The translations under genes and the position numbers were made by a program. This document shows positions 1 through 16,823 of a stretch of DNA of 64,000 nt, piece after piece. The number at the start of each line of letters is the position of its first letter. The stretch's first letter is position 1. Below the pieces are notes generated by a model, which was given only the letters and a program-made list of their open reading frames with translations, ran no database searches and had not been told where the DNA came from. Source of the stretch: the human T2T-CHM13v2.0 reference genome, Homo sapiens; assembly GCF_009914755.1 (NCBI RefSeq), contig NC_060946.1; one strand, given 5' to 3'.

Positions 1-378
1 GAAAGCAGGGTCCCAAAGAGATAGTTGTACACTTATATTCATAGCAGCCTTATTCACAAGAGGCAAAAGCAACCCAAGTGTTCATCAACAGATGAGTGGT
101 GTGTGTATTTACAATGGAGTATATTGTTCCACCTTAAAAAGGAAATTGTGACACATGCTACAACATGGATGAGCCTTAAGGCCATTATAGTAAGTAAAAT
201 AAGCCAATCATAAAAAGACAAACACTGTATGATTCCACTTACATGAGGTACCTAGAGCAGTCAGACTTCATAGAGACAGAAAGTAGAATGGTGGCTGCCA
301 GGGGCTTGGAAGAAGGAAAAATGGAGAGTTATTTAATTGCTATAGAGTTTCAGCATTGCATGATGTAAACAGCCCTGG

Positions 379-664
379 AGGCCAGGCACGGTGGCTCACG
401 CCTGTAATCCCAGCACTTTGGGAGGCCAAGGCGGGTGGATCACGAGGCCAGCAGATGGAGACCATCCTAGCTAACAGGGTGAAATCCCGTCTCTACTAAA
501 AACACAAAAAATTAGCCAGGCGTGGTGGCGGGCGCCTGTAGTCCCCGCTACTCAGGAGGCTGAGGCAGGAGAATGGCGTGCACCTGGGAGGCTGAGATTG
601 CACCACGGCACTCCAGCCTGGGCGACAGAGCAAGACTCCGTCTCAAAAAAAAAAAAAAAAAAAA
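379..664 (+). mobile_element. AluY-like element
   Basis: Dimeric Alu with GAATGGCGTG and poly(A). Degenerate TSD AAACAGCCCTGGA/AAAGAGCTCTGGA. Confidence 0.88.
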
Positions 665-743
665 GAGCTCTGGAAATTGGTTGCACAATGTGAATCTACT
701 TAATGCTACAGAACAGTACACCTAAAAATAGTTAAGATGGTAA

Positions 744-1034
<291 letters not shown>

Positions 1035-2169
1035 AAGATGGTAAATTTTGTTATGTGTATATTACCATAATTTTTTAAAAAGGCTCCATGAAATTATCTA
1101 TGTACATAGGTATCTAGCCTATATCCCACAGTCATTCACTCCAATACTTTATTCTCTACCCCATTCTGGGATGCATAAAGATTGCTTTTAGGATTACATA
1201 GTGATTTAGTTAATACAGTCATTTCAACACTCAAAAGACATGATCCTTGTTTCACCAGAGTAAAATGAGACTCTGAGAAGTTACAGGACATGCTCTAAGT
1301 CACCCAGCCATAAGTGTCAGAGCTGAATTTTCAAATGCAGTTACTAATTTGATAAATGAGATATGTTACCTTGCTGTTCTTAAAAAGGCTTGTAACTTCA
1401 GTGAGGAACTTATTCCTGTCTTCATTCATGTATTCAACTAATATAGAGAAATGAATGGGAAAGTGAAGAGAAGATGAAGACTATTACGGAGATGGCACAG
1501 GGTTAGCCAGCCTTATTTGTGTTATGCAGATGGGGAAACAGACCTAGGCAGGAATCTGCCTGATTCAACAAATATTTACTGAGTACCTACTATGTGCAAT
1601 GTGTATACTAGGTGCTGGGGATACAGCAGAGAACAAAGTCCCCACTCTCAATGAAAGGGGCCAGTCTTTTTATTCATCTTTAGTTAATTTTAAGCACACA
1701 ACAGCTATCTCAAACTTTCTTCACACTTTCCAAGCCCCTGATCCCTCATGTACTCTTGGCAGATGCCCCACCTTATCTCTTACCAGAACCTAAGGCCAAC
1801 TAGCATAAAATCCCTTGAGCACACTTAGATTGGCATGCTTTTACTGTGACATCTGTTCCTACAGCACCCTTACTTTCTTCTCTTGAGCTGAGGGTGAAGA
1901 TCTCTTTCTTTCCCATCTGTAATCTCACAATATGCACAACTACACCAGAGACAATGGAGGCACAATACAGGCCAGAGGTCTGTTCCTCATTCCTTCTGCG
2001 GGGCCTTCCTCCAGTGAATATCTCTTCTAACATTGTCAATCATATCCAACAGAAAAAGAGATCTCTCCATTGGTACAAAAACCTACAGCTCCTAAGAAGA
2101 TTTTGACTCTCACTGCTCAACTTCTCAAATAAAAATTCCTCCACTTTAGTTCTAATTATCACTCAAATG

Positions 2170-2335
2170 CTGTTAGACCTGTGGGCAGGTCACTATATCC
2201 CTGCCTAGGTCTGTTTCCCCATCTGCGTAACAGAGAAATAATTGTGCTTTATCTGTCCTACAGAAGTGTGAAGAGGTTTGATGTGACAGCAGTGAAAGCA
2301 ATTTAAAAAGTACAAAGTGCTGTATAAAAGAAGAC
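2170..2335 (+). mobile_element. MIR fragment
   Basis: MIR core-like GACCTGTGGGCAGGTCACT...CTGTTTCCCCATCTG..TAA. Confidence 0.65.
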
Positions 2336-2489
2336 GTTTTCATAATTATTCTGTTTTCACATGCTATCTTTATTCCAATGATCTCAAAGTACCTACCCAA
2401 GCACAGTTCTAACTCTAGTATATGTAAGCAAACGTGCAAGTCTGTCACCTTCCACACAAAGAGTCCCCCCACCCCCGCCAAACACACCA

Positions 2490-3944
2490 CTCCCTCTCCC
2501 TCTCCTTCTCCCTCTCCCTCTCTCCTTCTCCCGCTTTCCACGGTCTCCCTCTGTTGCCGAAGCTGGACCGTACCGCCGTGATCTCCGCTCGCTGCAACCT
2601 TCCTGCCTGTTTCTCCTGCCTCAGCCTGCCGAGTGCCTGGGATTGCAGGCGCGCGCCGCCACGCCTGACTGGTTTTTGTATTTTTTGGAGACGGGGTTTC
2701 GCCATGTTGGATCGGCTGGTCTCCAGCTCCTAACCGCGAGTGATCTGCCTGCCTCGGCTTCCCGAGGTGCCGGGATTGCAGACGGAGTCTCGCTCACTCA
2801 GTGCTCAATGTTGCCCAGGCTGGAGTGCAGTGGCGTGATCTTGGCTCGCTACAACCTCCACCTCCCAGCCACCTGCCTTGGCCTCCTAAAGTGCCGAGAT
2901 TGCAGCCTCTGCCTGGCTGCCACCCCGTCTGGGAAGTGAGGAGCGTCTCTGCCTGGCCGCCCATTGTCTGGGATGTGAAGAGCCCCTCTGCCTGGCCGCC
3001 CAGTCTGGGAAGTGAGGAGCGTCTCTGCCCAGCCGCCCATCGTCTGGGATGTGGGGAGCGCCTCTGCCCCGCCGCCCCGTCTGGGATGTGAGGAGCGCCT
3101 CTACCCGGCCGCGACCCCGTCTGGGAACTGAGGAGCGTCTCTGCCCGGCCGCCACCCCATCTGGGAGGTGAGGAGCGTCTCTGCCCAGCCGCCCCGTCTG
3201 AGAAGTAAGGAGCCCCTCCGCCCGGCAGCCGCCCCGTCTGGGAAGTGAGGAGCGTCTCCGCCCGGCAGCCAGCCCGTCTGGGAGGTGGGGGGCAGCCCCC
3301 GCCCGGCCAGCCGCCCCGTCCAGGAGGTGGGGGGCACCCCCCGCCCGGCAGCTGCCCCGTCGGTGGGGGGCGCCTCCGCCTGGCCGCCCCGTCTGGGAAG
3401 TGAGGAGCCCCTCTGCCGGGCCGCCACCCCGTCTGGGAGGTGTGCCCGGCAGCTCATTGAGAGCGGGCCATGATGACAATGGCGGTTTTGTCGAATAGAG
3501 GGGGGAAATGTGGGGAGAGGAGAGAGATCAGATTGTTACTGTGTCTGTGTGGAGGGAGGTGGACATGGGAGACTCCATTTTGTTCTGTACTGGGAAAAAT
3601 TCTTCCGCCTTGGGATGCTGTTGATCTATGACCTTACCCCCCAACCCCGTGCTCTCTGAAACATGTGCTGTGTCCACTCAGGGTTAAATGGATTAAGGGC
3701 AGTACAAGATGTGCTTTGTTAAACAGATGCTTGAAGGCAGCATGCTAGTTAAGAGTCATCACCACTCCCTAATCTCAAGTACCCAGGGACACGAACACTG
3801 AGGAAGGCCGCAGGGTCCTCCTCTGCCTAGGAAAACCAGAGACCTTTGTTCACATGTTTATCTACTGACCTTCCCTCCACTATTGTCCTATGACCCTGCC
3901 AAATCCCCCTCTCCGAGAAACACCCAAGAATGATCAATAAATAC

Positions 3945-3973
<29 letters not shown>
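2490..3973 (+). mobile_element. Full-length SVA retrotransposon, older subfamily (SVA_A/B-like), antisense to MAPK1 in intron 1
   Basis: (CCCTCT)n head from 2490, antisense Alu-like region about 2540-2910, GC-rich VNTR about 2920-3440, HERV-K-derived SINE-R about 3440-3945, AATAAA at 3936-3941, poly(A) 3946-3973. Confidence 0.96.
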
Positions 3974-3975
<2 letters not shown>

Positions 3976-4487
3976 AATATTTTCACGTGCAAATGAAAAA
4001 GCCCTAAACAAATCTTAAAATATATAAAGTGGTTCAAAAAATGTTTATTGTTATTATTTTAATAGAGGCCTATACATGGAGCATTTATTTGGGAAAGTTT
4101 TAAATGAATGTTTTCCCCTGTTTTGGTTGTTATCAATCTACACTTTACCAATTTTCAATAATGATCATGCCTAATTAATTCAAATTAAAAGGTGTGTAAT
4201 ACAAAAAAAAAAAAAACTGCAACCAACCCTCGAATCAGCTCAATCTCTCACTGAATTATGGTTATCTGTCACCACTGTATCTGCCTATCAGTGATTAGGG
4301 AGAGCTCTCTCTGGAGAAAAATGTCACCTAGAGCATCAACAATTTTCATACACAGTATCCAGCATTCACTTGAACGTTACCAAGCATACAAGGAAACAGA
4401 AACGAGAAAAAAGAGACAACATATCCACATATCCACAGTGACCCAGTTACTAGTTACTGAAGATGATCTTTAAAATAGCTGTAATTC

Positions 4488-4848
4488 GGCCGGGCGCAGT
4501 GGCTCACGCCTGTAATCCCAGCACTTTGGGAGGCCGAGGCTGAGGTCAGGAGTTCGAGACCAGCCTAGCCAACATGGTGAAATCCCGTCTCTAAAAATAC
4601 AAAAATTAGCTGGGCGTGGTGGGGCGTGCCTGTAATCCCAGCTACTTGGGAGGCTGAGGCAGGAGAATCACTTGAACCTAGGAAGCAGAGGTTGCAGTGA
4701 GCCTAGGGTGTGGTGGGGCGTGCCTGTAATCCCAGCTACTTGGGAGGCTGAGGCAGGAGAATCACTTGAACCTAGGAAGCAGAGATTGCACCATTGCACT
4801 CCAGCCTGGGCGACAAATTGCGACTGTATCCAAAAAAAAAAAAAAAAA
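4488..4848 (+). mobile_element. AluS element with an internal 94-bp tandem duplication of the right arm
   Basis: The right-arm segment starts at 4612 and again at 4706 with shared private variants (GGGGCGTGCC, AACCTAGGAAGCAGAG). Confidence 0.88.
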
Positions 4849-4849
4849 G

Positions 4850-9700
<4,851 letters not shown>

Positions 9701-11767
9701 ACCAGATTTTTTTTTTTGAGATAGAGTTTCACTCTTGTTGCTCAGGCTGGAGTGTAATGGCGCACAATCTCGGCTCGCCACAAGCTCCGCCTCCCAGGTT
9801 CAAGCGACTCTCCTGCCTCGGCCTCCCGAGTAGCTGGGATTACAGGCATGTGCCACCACACCCAGCTAATTTTGTATTTTTTGTAGAGACGGGGTTTCTC
9901 CATGTTGGTCAGGCTGGTCTCGAACTCCTGACCTCAGGTGATCCGCCTGCCTCGGCCTCCCAAAGTGCTGGGATTACAGGTGTGAGCCACCGCGTCTGGC
10001 CAAAATTTACCAGTTCTTGAATGCTGAATCCTGCTGGGATAACTGGAAACACTCCTAATGTTACTATAAACTCTCACACTGCCTTGTTGGCAATAATTAA
10101 ATAGCTCTTTCTAGCAGTTGTGTTCAAGTGGACAGATAATCACAAATGTCTTTTCTTTCTAGCTCCCTTTGGACGAAAGAAAGAAAGAATTTACAACACG
10201 TCTAAAGATTGTCACTTTTATCATCCCTTTGAATGATAAGTGATCAGGGCTGTCCCAAAAGAATGCCTGAAAACATTACAAAATGTTATCATAAGCAGAA
10301 TGGCTCACTAAGGGGATGAACATTCTGGCAAGTCTTAATCTAGCATCACTACCAACTGTTTTCTCACTGGTCTAAAACATAACATCTAATATTTTTATTT
10401 GCCTATATAGCCCTGCAGTAATAATTAACTTGTGAAAGGTCTACACTGATTTTTTTCTTTATAAAGTATTTGCTTCAACCATGGAACAGAAACAAAGTTG
10501 ATTTAATGGGAAAAATGTAAATTTATTTGAGGATAGGTTCAGCACTGCTAAATTGAAAAGGGAAAGAAAATTTCAAACAAACCCCAAAAAGAAACATTTT
10601 CACATCTGTAGTGAAAAAGCTAAATAGCAGTACACTAAACTTGGTTACTGACAAAATAAATCCTTGTGGCCAAGGTGAGGCAAAGATATTACTCTCTACT
10701 TTGCTAGCCTACCTTGTGTTCAGTGAATTCAAACATTAATTGGGGCAATGTATTGTTTTTGCTTCATTTTCTTTAGCTGTGCAGTAAAGTCTTTGCTTTC
10801 ATAGAAAGATTGTGCCAAGTTCTTTCTTTTTCAGAATTGCTTTTAAATCAGTTCTATTTAAGTATTTCTCTCTCTCTCAAACTTGACATTTTTCATTACA
10901 CCTTTTTTTTCCAATGCCAAAATAGCAGCATTAACATTCATTCCAGTCACTAGGTAAAAACTCTCTTCAGTCAAACACACATGAATAATCTAATTCGTGA
11001 GGTAAACGACTACTGTCATACAGTATTACGAAGTTCCAACCTTACTTGCAGAGCAAAAAATAAAAAATAAAAATAGTCATTTTCCTCAAGGGTTTAATTG
11101 TGGGCTTTTAATGTTGAAGTAAATCAATTTACTAGTTTTTAACCTCAAGTTTTTCCCTATTTCATTATATCTCAATAATGATTATCCAGAGATTTCTGAG
11201 GTAAATTACATTAAAGACAGCGCTAGTAACTGGGAAACAATCCACACATGAATCTTAATATATTGCATATATGCTAATTTCATGTAATGTTCCTGAGGGC
11301 GGTGACAATATTAGAGCTGTACGAGACCCTAGAGACCATCCCAATCCCTTAACTCCACCGATGAGAAACACAAAAACTTGCAGAAGCAGAGTGACGAGCA
11401 CATGCCCATGTGACATGTCATCAGAAGCAGGGACCAAGACTCAGGTCTCTTGCCTTCCAGGCCAGTCCTCTTTTGGTAGGCTAAAAGCTGCCTTTCACAG
11501 CTTCCCACAAATTTCAACACATCCTCACTCAAGTACGTTTCTGAAAGGGACTCACCGACAACTCTTTAGAGAAAAGGAACTATATCTCAAACCATAGGAA
11601 AAGTTCTATATCTAGCTTATCAAACTTTTAGTCTCTGAAGCATGTGAGAGTAAGTTTGCCAGTATTTCTTTCTCATTATCCCCCAATACTTTAGTGACTA
11701 TTTCCAACAAACAAAACTAGACTATTCTCCCATACAAACAAAATGCTACCATCAAAATCGTCAACGC

Positions 11768-12179
11768 TCACCTGTCAGATTATGACCAAAGGCCTCTAAG
11801 TCAGAATCCCGCCCAGGCAAAATGACATGGCAGCCAACTGTGGAGCCTCGGTTGGCCTCGGATAGCTGGTCCCCCCTTCATTCACACCACATATCTGAGG
11901 ACCAGATATGGAAAGCCTCTCATGCTGGAAAACTTGGCACAGTAGAAAGGCGGCCACACTTTTGCCCGTCACACAATGCACATTCACGGGGGACCTGTGC
12001 TAAACCATTCACAGACAACCTGTTTCTGGGTCAGGGTTTCGTATACAGCAGAGCAGTCAGCTATCGACACAAGGGTTTGTAACAAAAAACAAAAAACAAA
12101 AAAAAAAAGGAAGGACAAACCAAAACAAAAAAGAAAATACCAAAAAAAAGAAGAGTTAAAAAAAAAAGAAGATAAAAAT
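11768..12179 (+). pseudogene. Retrocopy of the 3' end of 28S (LSU) rRNA with a long A-rich tail
   Basis: GATTATGAC..GCCTCTAAGTCAGAATCCCGCCCAGGC, GGAGCCTCGGTTGGCCTCGGATAGC, GCTAAACCATTC..AGAC..CCTG.TTCTGGGTC.GGGTTTCGTA and the terminal TCGACACAAGGGTTTGT (ends 12080) match the 28S 3' terminus. A-rich tail 12081-12179 and a degenerate 14-bp TSD. Confidence 0.92.
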
Positions 12180-12469
12180 AAAATCATTAACACAGATACA
12201 CGACTACAATCTAATTTTCAGACATTCTAGTTTTGCCAATCATGCCGATTCAGAATCATGAACCACATGGAGTTGCCATGTTTCTGCACACTTCTTTAGT
12301 GTGGAACAATTCCTCAGTGTTTTCTTGGTTCCATGATCTTGACTTAATTTTGAGGTTTACAGGCCAGTTATTTTGCAGAATATCCCTAAACTCGGGTTAC
12401 CTTGATGTTGCCTCCTGAAGATTTGGATTATGCATGAAACACTTGACTGTCCCTATTCTAACTATATAA

Positions 12470-13113
12470 AGATGCTCCTTGACTTACTATGGACTTACAT
12501 CCCAATAAACCCTTCATAAATGGAAAACCTCATAAGGTGAAATGCTTGTTTTTTTTGGGAAAGTTTCTTGCTCTGTTGCCAGGCGGGAATGCGGTGACAC
12601 GACGACGGCTCACTGTAGCCTTGACCACTCAGGTTCAAGCGATCCTCAGCCCCAGGCTCCCAAGTAGCTGGGACTATAGGCACGTACCACCACACCTGGC
12701 TAATTTTTTTTTTTTTTAATTTTTAGTACCTTTAGTACAGAAAAGGCCTCACTATGTTGCCTAGATTGGTCTCAAACTCCTAAGCTCAAGGAATCCTCAT
12801 GCCTCGGTCTCCCAAAGTCCTGGGATTATAGGCATGAGTCCTGCACCCAGCCTAGCTGAAAATACATTTAATACACCTAACTTACCAAACATCACAGCTT
12901 AGCTTAGCCTACCTTAAACATGTTCAGAGCACTTACATTAGCCTACAGTTGGGCAAAATCATCTAACGCAAAGCCCATTTTATAATAAAAGTGTTGAGTA
13001 ACTCATATGATGTATGAAATACTATACTGAAAATGAAAAACAGAACAGTTGCGTGGGTACTCGGAAGTAAGGTTTCTACTGCATGTGTATCACTTCCATA
13101 CCATTGTAAAGTC
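12470..13113 (+). mobile_element. MER47A-like TcMar-Tigger DNA transposon interrupted by an antisense AluJ (about 12546-12855)
   Basis: AGATGCTCCTTGACTTACTATGG start. AATACACCTAAC..AGCTTAGCCTACCTTAAAC..GCCTACAGTTGGGCAAAATCATCTAAC after the Alu. Confidence 0.75.
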
Positions 13114-16100
13114 ATCTGACCACCAAGCCAAATATTTGTACTTCTGCACATGCTGCTTTACATAGAGACCGAGACAAAGGGGGATTCACATCTTGTCAAC
13201 CCTGTTTACTTCAAAGGAATAACAGAGCATTAACTAGGTACCAAGTGCTCAGGACTTCAAGTATACTGTTTTATTTAATACTCATGACAATCCTTTGACC
13301 CCTTACTTGTGACTGGCAAGTTACCCAACTTTTGTTTCATTTTCCTCATCTGTAAAAACCGGAGAGTGATACACACTCCCTGGAGAATGACAGGGAAAAC
13401 AGTACCAAGAACTTTAACCTAACAAGTCAGAAATCAATGAGACCCCTTTTGACAATTCCCACCTTGCCCTTTAGACATTCCGAGATATGCAGCTTTATTT
13501 AATAAATGACCCCACCTTGGGCCTCAGCTGACTAGACCAGAGGCAGACACTCTCCCAGGCTGGAAAGGCCAGGTGGAGTGAGCTGTTCTGTGCAGAATGA
13601 TCTCCCTAACAGTGTTTTTACACATTCTGTTCCACTTGGAATTGGATTCAGAGTGTTCTCAGCCTCTGGTCATCAAAAAACCTGAAGACACACACCTTCA
13701 GGGAGCTAGGGTCAGCTCTCCTCTGCTGAGTGCATGGGGAAGTGACAAAAGAGAAAAGAGGGGGGAAAATCCAGCTGCTGAGAGATGTAGGGTACAAGAA
13801 GCTTTTGTAACTGTAAAGAGGGAGGGAGGTAGCTACGTTGGTCTATTTTCCAGTTCCTGGTTCCAACTATACCTAAAGCTTTAACTGCACTTTCTATCCT
13901 TGCAGTAATATGACAAAGGCCCCCAGATCTTAATCATAAACTTTTCATTTTCTATAATGCAGTCTCTACAAAGTAGTGCCTAAAACATTCCAGCACTCTA
14001 CCCTACCTTTTACCCAGCTAGCTCTAAGTCTTCCTTCAGGTCCCAGCTTAAACACCACTTCCTCCCGGAAACCCTTCATGACTACTCAGAATATCTTATA
14101 TCATCCAGTGGCACTCCACACCTCACCATACTCAGTAAATGTTATTACTGCCCTGTTGGACTGTAAACACCAAAGAGTAAGAACAACTTTTGTTCACTAC
14201 TTTGTTCCTACTGCCTAGCACATAATCCGGTACGTGTTTAATAATATTAAATGAATGAAAATCAAGAAACTGGTAGAGGTAACTAGAAGGAATGGGAAGA
14301 AATCAATACTGCTTCCTGATAAAAATTAAGTTGCTAGATGACAGATCCTTTGGAGATAAAGAAAAAACAAAAACAAAAAACAAAGTTACTTTAACTCTAA
14401 TCCTTTCTAGCCTCTTCTTCAGGTCTGTCTGCAATGGCATAATCATTTTATACTTTAGGGCTAATCCATTCAGGAACCCAGGCTGTAGGAAGTACGTTTC
14501 TAGGTAACTCGGTATAACAGAGAAAAGCCTATAGTAGTTAAAAGAAAAAAGGTCACAGGATTTGGGGTCTGCATAAATCTCAATTTACATCTCAGTTCTG
14601 CAATATACTTACTGGCTGTGAACCCTGAACGAGTTACCTGACACCCAGTTCCCTTATGTGTAAAGTGCAAAATATAATACCTCAAAGACAAGGATGACGG
14701 TCAGGCGCGGTGGCTCACACCTGTAATCCCAGCACTCTGGGAGGCTGAGGCGAATGGATCACGAGGTCAGGAGTTCAAGACCAGCCTGGGCAACAGGGTG
14801 AAAGCCCATCTCTACTAAAAACTACAAAAAAAAAAAAAAAACTTAGCCAGGTACAGTGGCAGGCACCTGTAATCCTAGCTACTCAGGAGGCTGAGACAGG
14901 AGAACTGCTTGAACCTGGGGGCAGAGGTTGCAGTGAGCCAAGATCGCGCCACTGCACTCCAGCCTGGGCAACAGAGTGAGACTCTGTCTCAAAAAAAAAA
15001 AAAAAAAAAAAGACAAGAATGAGAATGAAGCTTAAACCAGCAAGGCAGGCTTGCAACTAACATTAGTCAGTTGATCATGGCATATTATCCATGCAGACAC
15101 CTGCTATCCAGCTCCTACTGGCCATAGGTTCAAACCCCAGGGCCTGCCTTGAGTCTGAGAATCTGGGAGGGACCTTGGAGACCATCTATCCTGCGGGTTG
15201 CCCAACATCATTTTCAAAGCAATCAAATCCTTTTTCCAAATGGGATCTTGCCCTGCTAACCCTAATAGTTACTACCTATGTGAACTGAAGATGATAATGA
15301 CTAAAAGGAAATTAAGAAAAAGAAAAAAGACTAAGGGCAGAGGAAGAAGGGAAACGGGAGGGGAAGGAGGTAGATAAGAGAAGAGCAAAGAATAGAAAAA
15401 ACAGGGATTAGGGGAGAGAATGCTGTATGTGAAGTTTCCCTATTTGGGGTGAGGCCTGAAGCCCCTAAGAGAGGAGGAGATTTGAAAACCACAGACAGAG
15501 CCCAGTCCTTTCATGTTATAGCAGGGGAAATAGAAACACATAAATTTTGTTCAGCTGCCTATAGCTTTCTCCTCCTGTGGTTCTGCTCAGTTTCCAGAAA
15601 GCCTGGGTAACGTCTGAATCCTCCTGGAATCTCTCTTCTTCCTTCTGGTACGGTGTGGGCCATTTCAAAGCTCAGGCAGGTGGCCTTTCCTAGAGGGAGC
15701 AGAGACAGCGCAGCTACTGGATGAGCTCCTAGGCACCTTTCAGTGTGGGAGCCTCAAGAAGTGAAAGAAAAAAAGCAAATCTAAAGGGGAGCAAAATAGC
15801 ATCTCAGGATTAGGCAAGAGGGTGGGTGGAGTAGGCCGGAGGCAAGGAGCTCTAGATGTTTGTTGGGGAATGAGGTGTTTTTCAATTAATAGGTATATAA
15901 ATTGTGAGCAAGGTGAGGAATAAATTACATACAGTTTTGGGGAAAAGTCAACTTGAATTTACACAAATCAAATTATGGGAATGGTGTAATGGTTATAGCT
16001 AACTACCAGGAATACATCATTAGGGATGCTATTAATATAAAAATTAATTTTGTTTTGACTTATCCTTTTACTCTAAACTCTGCTCAGAAACACTAGATTC

Positions 16101-16419
16101 TTCTGTTACTCATGTAAGCTGCTGTCCTTGCATCTTTGAGCTCCAAAAGTGTAGAGGAGACTTCTTGATTAAAAAAGTTAAGTAAACAATGAGCAAGCAA
16201 AATTAAGAATCTCAATATCTCTGTCTCCAGGTCTAGAGTTTTTATATATGATATATGTTATTGCTGTTCCTGCCTTTCAAACAGGTGGTACAAACACCCA
16301 GCAGAGATCCATGAAGAGAGTGCATTAACAGGAAGCAATAGGGCAAAGTTCATACAGATGAGCTTTAGAGAAAAGCGGGACTTAAATACAGCCTGATGTT
16401 TCTTGGGGCAGGCTGGGGT

Positions 16420-16823
<404 letters not shown>

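Noticed and set aside
2461-2490. Target-site duplication for the first SVA
   Set aside because: The upstream flank (CCAAACACACCAC) matches neither the sequence after the first tail (GGAATATTTTC) nor after the second (CTGCAACCAACC), so no TSD is claimed.
2434-3479. ORFs up to 197 aa in the first SVA
   Set aside because: Translations of the Alu-like and VNTR repeats; SVA is non-coding.
3440-3600. APOBEC3 G>A editing of the other SVA as the cause of the A/G differences
   Set aside because: The recalled HERV-K LTR5 ancestor has A at the LTR-derived sites, so the derived state is G in this copy.
11768-12080. Functional rRNA gene
   Set aside because: Only the 3' roughly 300 nt, diverged, with deletions, an A-tail and a TSD: a retrocopy.
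15300-15420. Purine-rich tract (also 36720-36805 and the pyrimidine tract 42075-42138) as triplex-forming elements
   Set aside because: Low-complexity or Alu-tail-derived, with no clear mirror symmetry; common in such regions.
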